A stretch of 64,000 nt of DNA from Tubiluchus corallicola (GCA_030141605.1 JAQGDQ010000032.1:434001-498000); one strand, 5' to 3'; positions 39,543 to 52,319 are shown, numbered from the stretch's first letter. Program-made: numbers and translations. The notes: generated by a model from the letters alone, not told the origin.

Positions 39543-41208
39543 GCAACTTGATAAAAAGTAAAACAAAAGTTTATTAAAGGGGTTTATTCAACTCCAGATC
39601 ACAATCAAATGCAAGCCATAAATTAAGTGATGGACTTTCCAGAATCGACCAGTGTGTGTAATTAGCAACTGGAACTTGGAAACATAAATGAAGGAGTTCA
39701 TTCGTTGAATAGAGGCTGAAACCTGGTATGGGCGCTCCCTTTCTCAATGCCCTTTCTTTCACAAATGACATCATTTGTCAATTGAAGAAAAACAGCGCAC
39801 TGCCAATTTCCGGTAAAAGTATATTAAATTTTTACAAATAATTAGATGATATAATTAGAAAATTTTATGATATTTTTGCATGAGCAATAGGTAAGCTGCA
39901 GAAGTATGAATTCATAAAAGCAGCTAAAGAAAAGTCAAAATGCACTTACAATAAGTCACCAGTTACGTAATAATTTTCAAGTGAATAGCGACAACCACTG
40001 TGCCAGAAAATTTCTGTACAGCAATAGTATAAATTAACTTTATGGTTTACAGACATTTTTGTGCAAATTTGTTTGTTACATTTTTCTATGTTTAAGCGAT
40101 AACTGTAATATAAACCCAACACGATTTGCGACTTGACCCATTCAATGACATTACAGCTATCAGACATTAGCAGACAATCAATAAAATTAGATGTAGATGT
40201 ACAGCTTAGGATTGAAATGGAACTATTTTCTTGCAGCTAGTTAAATATTTTTTCAAAAACTGGACAGAAATGTTAAGGCGATAATGTGATCATTAAAATT
40301 ATTAAATTTTGCAAGTTGTTAATGACCTATAGTACTGTCCTAGGTCACTTTGATGACCTATATAAGCCTAAAACATAAATACGCCAATCTGGCATTCTAG
40401 CCTAAAATTTTGATGGGACTTGAAAACTTACACCAAACGCTTGGTTGCCTGTTTCACTGCAGCTGATTGGCAGGACTTTGCCTCTTTACTATCAGCTATC
40501 TTAATGTAACGGTTTCAAAACTCTGTGCCTGTTTTTATCTCTTGTATTAATTACATAAAAAGAAATTTAAAAACCTGTAAATTAGGAAACTATGCACTTA
40601 CACACAGAATTCACTAAAGAAATATAAAACTGCCACAAGCACGCATCTAACTGTTTGTATGATATGAACCAATATCATACAATGTTGTATGATACTGTAT
40701 GACAGGAATGTATTGACACTGAACACAATTAGTCTAGACAGCTCAACATATAGGCTACAACACGCAAAAACATTGTTCTGTTCTCGCGTAAATCTGGAGA
40801 CTGCAGTCTGAAATCTGCATAGGCCTATACGGGTAAAAGCGTCCTGTAGCAGCAAACAGAAGATTAATGATTTATGTAATCTACTATAACACTACCCACA
40901 CCTTACTATCAAATTTAAGCGCATTCAAACTACCACATTAGCTTCTATAGCCTCTACTAGTTTGTAATTTTAAAATTATTGTTTATCAGTGTTATCTCTA
41001 CCACCGTAGTCTCAATTCTTACCAAGACTGACTACCTATTGTGACAATTAGGCCCTCCCAGGCTCTAACATGGCACAACTTGAACATATTAAATTAACGG
41101 CCTATTTAATTACGAGAAGCACAATGAGCTTCTATAAAACGTAAAAGTCATGAATGCTAGGGAATACAAAAAAATTGATGTTCACAATTAGAAAACTTTG
41201 TAGCTTAC

Positions 41209-41350
41209 TCGGTATTTCAAACAAACATAAAACTACGCAAAAAATGTATTTCAATAAATATTATGCACACAGGTTCTACAAAATTGACGAATTCACAAAT
41301 GCATAGAGTCACATTTTTCAAGCAACACAAGAAACAACAACTTCACAGCT
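41209..41350 (-). other. LEO1: Probable non-coding first exon of LEO1
   Basis: Consensus donor ATACCGA|GTAAGC at 41208 upstream of the acceptor at 39547; the 5' end is approximate. Confidence 0.45.
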
Positions 41351-41588
41351 TGCAATTAAATTACGGTAGGACGGCGGTACAGCAGTTTGCAACAAGATGA
41401 ACTGCAATAAAGTAATCCTATAGATATGAAAACTTTCCTTGCATTCAGTGCTTTTTCAGGACTCACTGCTGTTCATCATCATCATCATTATGTCAGTTAC
41501 ATCTTTCGTAGACACTGAGCAGACAATTCGAAAAAAAAGGAACTCAGCTCTCAAGACAGGCAAACACAGCAGTAAAACTAAAGGAAGG

Positions 41589-41723
41589 AGTTTACAATTC
41601 CCCATACAATTTAAATACCCTAACCCTAGCCCTAACACAACCATACCCTTTACCCTAATCCTAATCATAGCCCTAACCTTAATCGCTTCACAACTCATTT
41701 CTTGTGTGTGGGAATTTTAAACT
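41589..41723. repeat. Short inverted-repeat element enclosing degenerate telomeric (CCCTAA)n
   Basis: AGTTTACAATTCCCCATACA ... TGTGTGGGAATTTTAAACT flank ccctaa/ccctag/cctaat units. Confidence 0.7.
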
Positions 41724-41794
41724 TTAACCAAACTTGGACACTGCCATACTGCAGTGGCTTGTCAGCACGATTTTCCTTCAGGGCTATGTTTACC

Positions 41795-44560
41795 TGAGTT
41801 CGAATCTTCAATTCCAATTTCGACTTCAATTCGAATGAATATTTGAACGAATTCGAATGAATACGATTTGAACCTAAAATTATGGCTTCGAATAATTTGA
41901 CTTCAACTACGTAAATTCTTTATCATTAAATTGTTTGAAGCAGTATACAATCAGCACAATTTAGCTGCAATTTCTGTGCACATGCAATTTTTATATAAAT
42001 ATTAGTGTTTTACTGCAGAACAATACATGTATCAAGCATTAAACACGTTATTTGTGAGAATGCCTTTTATTAGTGATTTGATAATTTATTCTAAAATCTT
42101 TAAAACTGAATTTGGATAAGATTTGAATTCTAAATCTTGAAATTTGGTTTGTTTCGAGTTCGAAAGTTAAGAACTCTATTCAGTTCGAATTTGCTTTCTG
42201 ACAGTGATGGAGAATTAAGGCTCAGGCTCCTGTATGCTATAGGGCCTTCCGGTGAGCATCAAACATATTCGGGCTTGAATGTTCGGATCAGTTTGAATGT
42301 ACGAAATTGATTCAAATGCATTTATTAAATTCGAATTCGATTCGAGCATAAAATTATGGATTTGAACAATTCAGCCTTTCAGTCACATTAGTTCTTTATC
42401 ACAGACATGTTTGAAAGATTGTGTAAATCAACTCAATTAGGTATGCCCTCCGTGAGCAATTTTTTAACAATTTATTATGGACATTACTGTAGAATCATGC
42501 ACTATGTATGCTTTTTGCGGAGTTGCTGTAAAGCAAAATTATTTAGTAATAAGTGGTAAGATTGTCATTAATAGCTGTAATCAGGATCGACAATCGCCTG
42601 CAGGCCTTTTCGTAATTAATTTTGAAAATTTTCCTCTGACACTGGCAGGCAGACTACCATGATGACAAGTAGAGGCATACATTCACTGTCATGAATTTAG
42701 AAAGTCAAGGCCAACTTGTAATGTGTGAGAAAAGCAACCAAACTAATGAAACAATGACCAATCTAAAACATCACTTAGAAACAGCAAGTAAGGTAGTTTT
42801 AGAGATGGACCTACAGCTAGTATATTTTGTTTTACATGTACAATCTTTAATAGCTCCACTATTTGTATATTATTTATAATTATTTTTTCACATTTATTGT
42901 TGGTGAACATGAAAATTTCTTTCAACTGTACAGAACACAAGTTCACAATTCAGATCATTATCCTCGTAGCCTGATATTAGTCTTACTAAGACAGAATGCT
43001 AATTTTTCTGGTTCTGTGGCTAAGCCTACGATCTAAAGAACAGAGTTCGGGAAAGCATGGAAATCTGACAGGAAACCCATTTCTGGGACTGAAAGTAAAC
43101 TTCATTCCTTTAAGTTACAGTGACCATTTGATATTGGTTTTATTTTTAATATTGTATTTCACAGGGAGCTTTATAATCTTACACCTATAAATATAAACTG
43201 ACATGTTTACATGTATAAATATATCAATTACAATTGCAATAAACATTCTATAAGATATAAACTGATATATAAAAAAAATCACATTTGTAAATTAAATTTC
43301 AAGTCCGCATATCTTGTGAAATTTCCATTTCTGTATTTTTATAATTGTTTATCAGCAATAGTGGTGGCACGTCAGATGTCCGAGTTCGAACAAGTTCTTG
43401 TAGTTCGAATTCGATTCGAAGCTAAATTTATAGATTCGAATATAATTCAGCCCTTCAATCAAATATGTTCTTTATCATTATAATATCTGAAACGTCATGC
43501 AATTATCACATTTATGCTGCAGTTTCTGGGCACAATTTTTAAACAAATTATTAGTGGTCTTACTACACAACAAAATCGAGTAATATTTGCAAGGAGCAGA
43601 GTAGGACACTAGCCAAAATAGGGCAATTGGCGTATATGGGCTAGCCCAAGTATGACACATTGCACATGGGCTAGCCCAAGTAGGCCGTGTCATATGTGGG
43701 CTGCCCAAGTAGGACACTAGAGACAGGTCACAAATTGAGTCGTTAACAATACTGGCACTGTCCGTTGTCCTTGTTTATTTAATAATAATAATTGAAAACG
43801 TCAACACATGTTGAAAAATTTATTATGCATCTGATAAAATAAAAGAATCTTATTCTGAGTTAGTAGAAGGGCGAATATTAAATTTAGGACAAATAATTGT
43901 TTTCTTGTAAGCAAGTTTTATGTTTAAACTTGCAACTATTTCTATAATAACTGTGTGCATAGCTCATAGTTTCTCTCTTTAAAGCATTAGATACTTAATT
44001 TAATGTTATGATGATGTTAGTGGAGCTAATAATAATGACGATATTATTTTAAAAATTACATTTGTAAATTTTCAAGGACTATCCGTCATTATTGTAAAGT
44101 TACTTTTTTCTAAAACAAATTTGGTTTTATGTTTTTTTTATGTCATAATTCTCTACAGAAATTGCTAGTGCTCTAATTGGGCTGCCCACGTATGACACGG
44201 AAGTGTCCTACTTCGGCTTGTGGCGTTCTCTGTGCCCTAAAGCATGATCTTTGTGGGACTGCTGGGGCTCGAAAGTTTTTTTGAAAATCATTCAAACTAA
44301 ATTCGAATACAATTCGTTCCGAATTTGCTTTCTGGCAGAGAATGCTCGCCCCTAACCACCACACGAATAATTAATTTATATAATGAGCTTTCTGCACACA
44401 TGATTATTTTTATTATTAACTCGAAATTGAATTCAAAAATCGTTAGCACTGTATTCGAACTCGATTAGAATTCGAAATCTTGAAATTCGATACGATTCGT
44501 ATTCGAAAGACTAATATTCAATTCGAAGTCTATTTTAGAGACATTTGTTCAACCCTACTG
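41795..44560. mobile_element. Nested fragments of TTCGAA-rich non-autonomous DNA elements in the LEO1/LSM7 divergent intergenic region
   Basis: Related blocks at ~41795-42200, 42265-42500, 43360-43520 and 44280-44560 share TTCGAA arrays; gaatttgctttctg occurs at ~42187 and ~44321. A different element with GGGC(T/TA)GCCCA repeats lies at ~43590-44240. Confidence 0.6.
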
Positions 44561-44744
44561 TGTGTGCATGAAAGAGACCGAAATTTCATTGTGCTGCACA
44601 TAGAAAAACAGCACAATTACACTTTTTTGGAATCTCTTTATTGGGTGTAGTACGTCTACGCGTCGTTGTCGGCGAAATACAAATTTCAAGATAAAATTAA
44701 CACATTAAGTGTTTTGCTAGGCCATTAGGCCTAATGAAAATTTA

Positions 44745-47700
44745 ATGGCTCAACAACAACAGCAGCAGGTACATGTGGTAAAAATAAGTTCTGGCATTTA
44801 ACTGATTAGCTATAACAAATATTGCAACTCCACCATTTGTTACACTCCCTGTTGTCAGAGATGCGTTGATAACGACGGGCAACCTCAATAATTTTGCTGA
44901 TTGCGGTTAATCACTCATTTGCAGATATGCTGGCACTCTTTAGAATCCAGGTCCCGCTCAATTTTCGTCGAGTAATCGCCTATTTCGATGGCGCATTATG
45001 ACGAATCGTGCTGCTCTTACGATAGCATTTGTTTATATAAATTGATATTTGACCCTGTTGTTCATCCATACGATCGTATAAAATATATTTTAATCTAAAT
45101 AAATAATTAAATTGCTACAAACAGTGTAATGTATTTTTTCGGAAAGTGTGTTTACGCTGATTTTTATTGAAATAAACTAAGTAATTTTTCATAACAACAA
45201 TTGTTAGTCATCTTCATTATCATTTGCATTATTAATATAATAACTAAGGGCGTTCCAGTCAGATTTTAATTTCCACAGCTCATGTTATTAACGCTTTTGT
45301 ATGTACCTTTAAACTCTTCATACTTGACATTTTCAATGTTATGCTCCCAGGCTCTTTTTTGAGCCTTGCACATTGTCTGGCACCGGAGGTTGTTTACATT
45401 AAATTTTCGTTGAAGGGTGAACTGAACGTACATATAACAAGTAAATTTAGTTAAAATAATTATATTTGTGCTTGCAAACCAAAACCGTCCATAAGTCAGT
45501 GTAGTTAAAACCATGTTATTGTACTTCAAAGTAGAAAGCACCAAAAATTTGGTCAAACGTCAATTTTTTTTAATGAAAACAATTGCTAAATATATTCGAT
45601 TTTTATATTCTAGCATCAAATTATCAGGAAAATGTCCAAAAATTCTAAAAATCTAATTTTATAACTCCTTACCCACTTTTGTGTCTATACTGTACTGGAA
45701 CCTGTACTGCAATTGTAAAAAAACTTGTATTTTCTAACTCTGATTAAAGCTAGTGGAAGCAGCCACTTTGCTTCTGGTTTTTTTCTGTTGACAAAACCAG
45801 ATCTTCATTAGGAAGAGCCATCTACTGGATTTAAGCATAACTTCAGTTTGCTCTTATAAAGTCCATAGCAACCACACTTTCGTACGGTTGCTAAGTGTTT
45901 TGTAGAGACTCAACAAAAAACAATGGCCGACTTTAGCCGTGTTTTTCTCAAGATTACGTTTTTCAGTGCATAGTCTGCACCTCGCATTCAATGTGGACTA
46001 TCTCAGCTTAGAAATAACATAGAGCGACGAGCTTGGTATCAAAATGATCCTCATGAAATGGAGATCCAGGATATGTGAATAATTAGAAAAGCTTAATTGC
46101 TGACTTACAGACGATGCAAGCAAATATATATATAGCAATTAATTTTAGGTCATTTTAGCCGACAATTTATTTCTTCAGTCAGATGAACTAGCGTTTTAAC
46201 TGAACAAAGTCATGTTCAGCATTATCTCAATTATTAAATAAATAATAAGTGTATTTTCACAGAATTCTATACTCAAAGTATTGATGAGCAATCATGAGAG
46301 TAGCACAGATCTTTGTAATGCGCCAAGCAATCATATCGAATAGCTGATCGCTTGGCGGAAGTCAAGTGGGACCTGAATTATAATAGAGTGCTAATATACT
46401 GACCACTGCTAGTTAGTTTGCTATTATTATTTGTTGAAGAGGTGATCTTTTCAATTCTGAAGTCGCCAAAGTGGTCTGCAGGAAAACGAGCTTTGTTGGC
46501 AGTTCGTTTGTATAATATGCTTTAACATCTTAACTACTGTTTTAAGTTTTTGAAACTAAATAAATTTATTTACTATTACTATCTATGAATTTCTACCGGT
46601 ATCTCCCTGTACTTGTTAAAAAACCCTTACTGAATTCCTTACTCAACTCTATACACTCTGTCTTCAATTCTTCATACAGTCACACACACCAGTTTCTGTA
46701 CGCAGTGACTCTCCATTACTATCTACTATTATTATCTATGAATTTCTTCCAGTATCTCCCTGTACATGTCTATAAACCCTTAGTGAATACCTTATTCAGC
46801 TGTATGCACTCTCTCTTAAATTCTTCATATAGTCACACACACCACTTTCTACAGTCAGTTGCACTCATGCACTTTATAAAATGATAGGCGATTTTCATTT
46901 TTTGCAATGCACAGTTTTTCAGGAATTCCACGCATTTTGGCTGCCTTGTCATCTGCTGCAAATGGGCTGAGTTACCAGCGCGTATTATTATTGGCTAATC
47001 ATCCCGAGAATGATGACTGACACTGACGAAAAGCAAGACATGTTTGATATCGTCAAACTTGACTGACATTCATTTTTCACTGTAATTCTCGTGTCCGCGC
47101 AATCATTTGACACTGACAAACTCGAGAATGACATTCGTTTGAATGACTGTGTGGACGGCCTATAACACCGTAATAGGTAAGATTTTCAGTTGTTTGTGCG
47201 CAAAAAGTTTGGGCAATTTTAATACAATTTTTTTGTTTTGTCATGATATGGTTTGTGGTATGTTTGATGTATTGCGAGTAGTCGTTGTGGGTTTGATAGC
47301 TAATTCCATTACGTCTCGCAATGCCGCCAATGCAAAAGTTATACAGATATTTCCACTTTACAAGGTATTGGTATGACCACATCTGGAATGTCTTAGCCAA
47401 GTTTGCAATCCTTATTTTATTGATGATGTGAAATGTCTCGAAAGAGTACAGAAGTTTGCAGTTAACATGATTGAAGAACTAAACGGCCTAAATTATGATC
47501 AAAAACTAAGAAAGCTGCAATTGTACATACTCCGCAAGAAAGCCTAGAGGCAGACTCATGTAAATGTGTAAAGTCTTCTGTGGATTTACGTATGTCAACC
47601 ATGATGAATTCTTTGTGAGAAGTACCATTGCACCAGAGGACAGTTATAAGTTTTACTAGAGGGTCAGCACCGATAGATATCGACCTAGTTTTTCCAACGT

Positions 47701-50700
47701 GGAGATTCACCTATGGAACTCATTACCGAAACAAGTAGTCAGTGATACAAATGTGGCATGCTTTAAATATAAGCTTGACTTACCTCTGCACAAGGAACTT
47801 CCTACTTTAACGCCACTTGGCATGCTGGGAGGTGGAAACATGCTAGTGCACCTACACCAAGAAGCTTTGCAAAGTAAATTACACTGCTCTTATACAAGAA
47901 ATGATTGTTATCATGAGAGCCAAGGATAGGATAGCTAGTGCACTCACCAACAGGTGAGTTTACAAGCAGAATTCTTTTGCTGGGTTTGGCTAGCAATTTA
48001 TAATTTATTATTGATTAATGATTATATCTCCTAACTTCATAGAAAAACAGGTTTTAGTAATAGGGTACACATGGCTAGTCTAATTATTGCAAATTTAGTA
48101 AATTTACAAATTTTACACAAATCCACAGTTTATGTGGATGCAGTTATGTACAGTCACAGATTTTGCGGTTGCTAATAAACGAGAAAATGATATCCGCGCA
48201 TCTCTGATAATCGTATATGGCATACTCTTGTTGTCATTAAATTAAGTTAGAGGATACTACTGCCTGGTCAACAGTGAGCTTAATGACACTAATGCTGTAT
48301 TAATGCATTCCAGGTCCTAGTTCATTAGAAAATGCATTGAAGCATCTGTGTAGGGAAGATTTTTTCTGGGAAGTAGATTTTTCTGGCAAAAAAAGTTTTT
48401 TGTGAATTTTTTTTTGGCAAAATCCTTCTTATATTTTGTTGAAACTTTATTGTTTTGGCAGGTGTTTAAATAGTTACAGTAGAGGCAAGAAAGCTTTTTA
48501 AGATTATTTTCAGCAACTGAAGATGTATAATTTGTACCTTTTCAGACTGGAGGCTCTGGTGATAGCAGGTGTTTAAATAGTTACAGTAGAGGCAAGAAAG
48601 CTTTTTAAGATTATTTTCAGCAACTGAAAATGTATAATTTGTACCTTTTCAGACTGGAGGCTCTGGTGATAAGGACAAGAAAAAGAAAGAAAGCATTCTT
48701 GATCTCTCCAAGTATCTGGACAAAAAAATTAGAGTGAAATTCCACGGTGGAAGAGAATGTAAGATCAGTAGATTGAATCGTAACATGTAATAAGTTTTCT
48801 CAGTATGCTATGATACATAATGATCCAAGCAATCAGGCAGTAATCATCTGCAGTTGAATTACTGTTTCCTCTTCTCCTGTTGCTAATAAGAATGATTGTT
48901 AAATGAAGTTACAGCATTATCACTAAAATTCGCATTGACTTATTAAAATTAAAATCTCAATTATGTCATTCTCTGTAATTGTTTCACTCTTCAAGTTGGG
49001 CTTGACAATAGCCAGTTAGCTATATTAACAGATTATCTCGCAACAATATAAAGTCACTACTGATTTGGTCTTGTATAACAGGCCTAGTGTGCAAATATTA
49101 TGTGTGTGTGCATGCGTGTGTAAATACTAGTAGTTATTTTCTCCACTAACCCAGTCATAAATTATCATAAATATTAATTTACTTACTAAATGCTAACATT
49201 AAAAATGTACATTTGTTTAATGAATTGTACGAAATAAAGATAATATATGTATCTCGTGGTGCCACTCATCTACTCAAATCCATAGTGAATCAGGAATATT
49301 AAGTTTAAAATTAGTTCATTAGTGCTTTTGCTAATATTCTGAATTGGTAATTACTTGAATTCAATGTATGCCTCTACTTTTAGATACTGATCTTTTTGAC
49401 ACTTTGTTTAGACTTTTCTGATAATTAAGGTTGTCTTGAACGATTTCATTGACAAATCTTTTTTTGCGACTTAGATGCAGTGAAGGAGAAGAAATTAAGT
49501 TCTATTGTAATTTTTGGATTCTGTTCTTATGATTTGTACTGTTCAAACAATCATTTGTTTGGTAGGGCTGTAGCTACACGTAGTTTGTATTATTAACCAG
49601 CTGATACGCTACATTTCACTACACACCTGAGTTAAGGTTTGCAGGTTTTATAAAAAAATTAAATGAAGCCATTGATAATAAATGCAAAACATATTTTATC
49701 AATCATCTGTTTTGGGATTGCTAAATGCTAAAATAACTTGACAAATAATTTGATTTTTATTTATTACTTGCGTGATGTATAAGCCATTGTTTGCACTGTA
49801 AGCCACCAAAAAAGCAAAACATCAATACTTTAGGTTTAAAAGTTGCTTGTGCATTTTCTGGTTCACTTTTGCCATTCACAAGTTCACGTAAACAAACGTA
49901 GTGAACCTACTAACTAGATTAACCATGTAATGGTGCTTTCAGATGTAGAGAGGTCTCTCCAGTTGCGAGAGAAGTTGCCAAACCATTCACACCTGCGAGT
50001 TTACTCTCAGAGAGAAGTTGTGCCTCATTATCTCATTACCGTTTTACCTCATTACTAAATTTTTTTTTGAGTTTCGCATATAGTGGATCGAAGTAGTTGA
50101 GGACTGTAATGTCTGGGCCAACCAACACAAGTATTGCTATACTCAAAAGTAAGGTGTGCCAAGAATGGATGAACATAAAGTTCTTACAGATGTACATGGA
50201 CATGGGGATTCTCCGCCTACGTGAATTCGTTTTACCTATTGTTATTTAGTGCTGCTGTCGTTGCAACCTAAAGCTGCATTCACACCCATCATCTTAACAA
50301 AGCATAAATATACAACAAAACGCATCATATAGAATAATACAATAAATATAATTAGTAAAATGATACTAAAACACTCTGTTTACCCTGAATAAACAACTAT
50401 AGAAATTTACATATACTTAGCTGCACACTTGATAGTTGGAAGCTGGCCAGTTACGCATCAATACCATGGATCCTGCCACGCTCCTCGTCTAGATCTCCTG
50501 TATGTATGCACCTCCACTGCATTCCAGGACACACTCTACTCCAGGTCTGTCTCCTCGTCAGCTCCCTGTTTGCAGACTCTGACTCCTCCAGTGACAATAA
50601 TTATGTCACTGATAGCACTAAAAGTATTTTCTCATTGACGTCCAGATCCAGGTCTTCCGTTGTCCAACTGCAACTCGTATTATTACCACTGACTCTGTCT

Positions 50701-51856
50701 TCCAGGCTCTAGCCGTTACTATAGCCCAGCAGACTAACATAGAGTTTAACAGTCAATCTGCCAACAATACCACAGGACCTACAAACCATACAAACGAGGC
50801 GCAGGCAGGTTCAGCCTCATATGGATTCAGCCACTAACATGGATTCGAGCACAAACGTAATTAATGTGGACGTTCTAACCAGGATAAATGCAAATAAACA
50901 GGTAACATTGTCCACAGTCATGCCGACTAGCATTCCAAATAAATATGACAAAATGAACTAAATACTGGTTTCGACACCAAGATAGTGCACAGTACGCCAT
51001 GATATATCAATTCTGCCCACTCCCCAACTCTTGGGAAGAAACCCATTTTTTCCTGATTCACCTAACCAACCCTTCACCAAGCACAACTAATCTATCAGAA
51101 TAATCCCAGCAATCAATACTTATATAAGCTGACTATCACAAGGACAAAACTGTGATTTGAGCTTAATATTAAAAATGTGCTGCTTTAAGTCAACTGCTGC
51201 TCACTGCTCAACTTAAGAGGTATCTACAGTATAGTCTATAGCTGCAAGCGCGTGCTCAATTTGCTAAATACCATTGACTCAGATTATCACAAAATACGGG
51301 AGCATTTTGGCGATACACATATCGTAATAAAAGATATCACAATACATAAATGTATCAATGTATTGTTACATGCCAACTGTTTAGTCTGGACAGTCTAGAT
51401 ACTAATAAGAAACATTAAACATTTTAATGTTTTTTATTTTTAGCTACGGGAGTCTTAAAGGGATTTGACCAGCTGTTAAATCTTGTGCTGGATGGTTGTA
51501 CTGAATATATGAGAGGTAAGAAAGGATTTTACCACTCTTCTGATATTTACAACATTTGGTTATCAAATTTGCTTGCTTCTGCGTAAGTCATACGTTCCAT
51601 CCATTATTACACAGCCATGTTGTCAACTGTTCACGTAATGAGAAAAAAGATAGCGAAAACCACGAATTATTATATGTTGGTATTATAAAACAGGGATTGT
51701 TTTCTTGTCTTTTCAGATCCTGATGACCCATTTAAACTTACGGAGGACAGTCGAGAGTTGGGTCTAGTAGTATGTCGCGGTACCGCAGTAGTGTTAATAT
51801 GTCCCATGGATGGAATGGAAGCCATTCCCAACCCGTTTGTACAGCACGAAGGATAG
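44745..51856 (+). CDS. LSM7: U6 snRNA-associated Sm-like protein LSm7, 113 aa
   Basis: Exons 44745-44768 (MAQQQQQQ), 48653-48758 (TGGSGDKDKKKKESILDLSKYLDKKIRVKFHGGRE), 51444-51515 (STGVLKGFDQLLNLVLDGCTEYMR), 51717-51856 (DPDDPFKLTEDSRELGLVVCRGTAVVLICPMDGMEAIPNPFVQHEG*). All are GT-AG and in phase; exon 1 is the least certain. Confidence 0.95.
45485..46115. mobile_element. Non-autonomous TIR element, copy 1 (LSM7 intron 1)
   Basis: Ends CGTCCATAAGTCAG... and ...TGCTGACTTACAGACG; colinear with the reverse complement of 52320-52945. Confidence 0.8.
46570..46866. repeat. Two-copy tandem duplication, period ~153 bp
   Basis: atgaatttct...tatctccctgtac...agtcacacacacca starts at 46585 and at 46738. 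Confidence 0.9.
47310..47790 (+). mobile_element. CR1-type LINE 3' fragment in LSM7 intron 1
   Basis: PLYKVLV*PHLE...PYFIDDVKCLERVQKFA ... LWNSLPKQVVSDTNVACFKYKLD, a typical CR1 ORF2 C-terminus. Confidence 0.8.
48458..48671 (+). repeat. Recent 107-bp tandem duplication spanning the LSM7 exon-2 acceptor
   Basis: 48458-48564 and 48565-48671 differ at one base (ctgaagatg versus ctgaaaatg). Confidence 0.95.
50040..51184 (-). mobile_element. Possible decayed Kolobok-type element with a KolX (P2X7 C-terminal-like) remnant
   Basis: Minus strand begins TTAA|AGCAGCAC. Broken frames give LNPYEAEP, an acidic stretch, then D(G/W)CEC..C...CPCT...NFMFI...LLLSIA. The second terminus was not found. Confidence 0.3.
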
Positions 51857-52319
51857 CAATTTACACTTTTGCCTTCCCATTCATGTGTGCTAATGAACAC
51901 AAATGAATACTAATGTGCACTGACTGTTCACTTATTGGCTAGCAGCTTCTTGAAATGTGTACAGTATCTGGTATATTTACTGTAAATATGTAACAATCTT
52001 TTATGGTACAGCCGCATCTAGTATTGTAATATGATGTGTATTTCAGTTGAAGTTACAAGTATATTTCAAAGTGAGTGAAACAAAAAAGGAAACCATTACC
52101 AACTAACTCAGATGATTTGGTGTGTTGAGTCGATATTTTTGTTTAAAATTATGTAAAATTTTGTTGCTTTCTCTTTGAAAATATTTCGATTGTGATTATT
52201 TCTTTTTATTAGTTAATGTATTTGCCCACCAATTAAGAAGGTCGATTTGCTAAAGTGCCACAGAGAGTGAAGCATAAATCACATTACAGTGTTTTGAACT
52301 AGGTGCTTGCATAGCAAAA

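Noticed and set aside
43630-43720. CRISPR-like array
   Set aside because: Eukaryotic locus, three short units with related spacers, no cas genes; the motif recurs inverted at the other end of the element.
41795-44560. TTCGAA arrays as heat-shock elements
   Set aside because: The spacing does not match nGAAnnTTCn arrays; they recur as transposon subterminal repeats.
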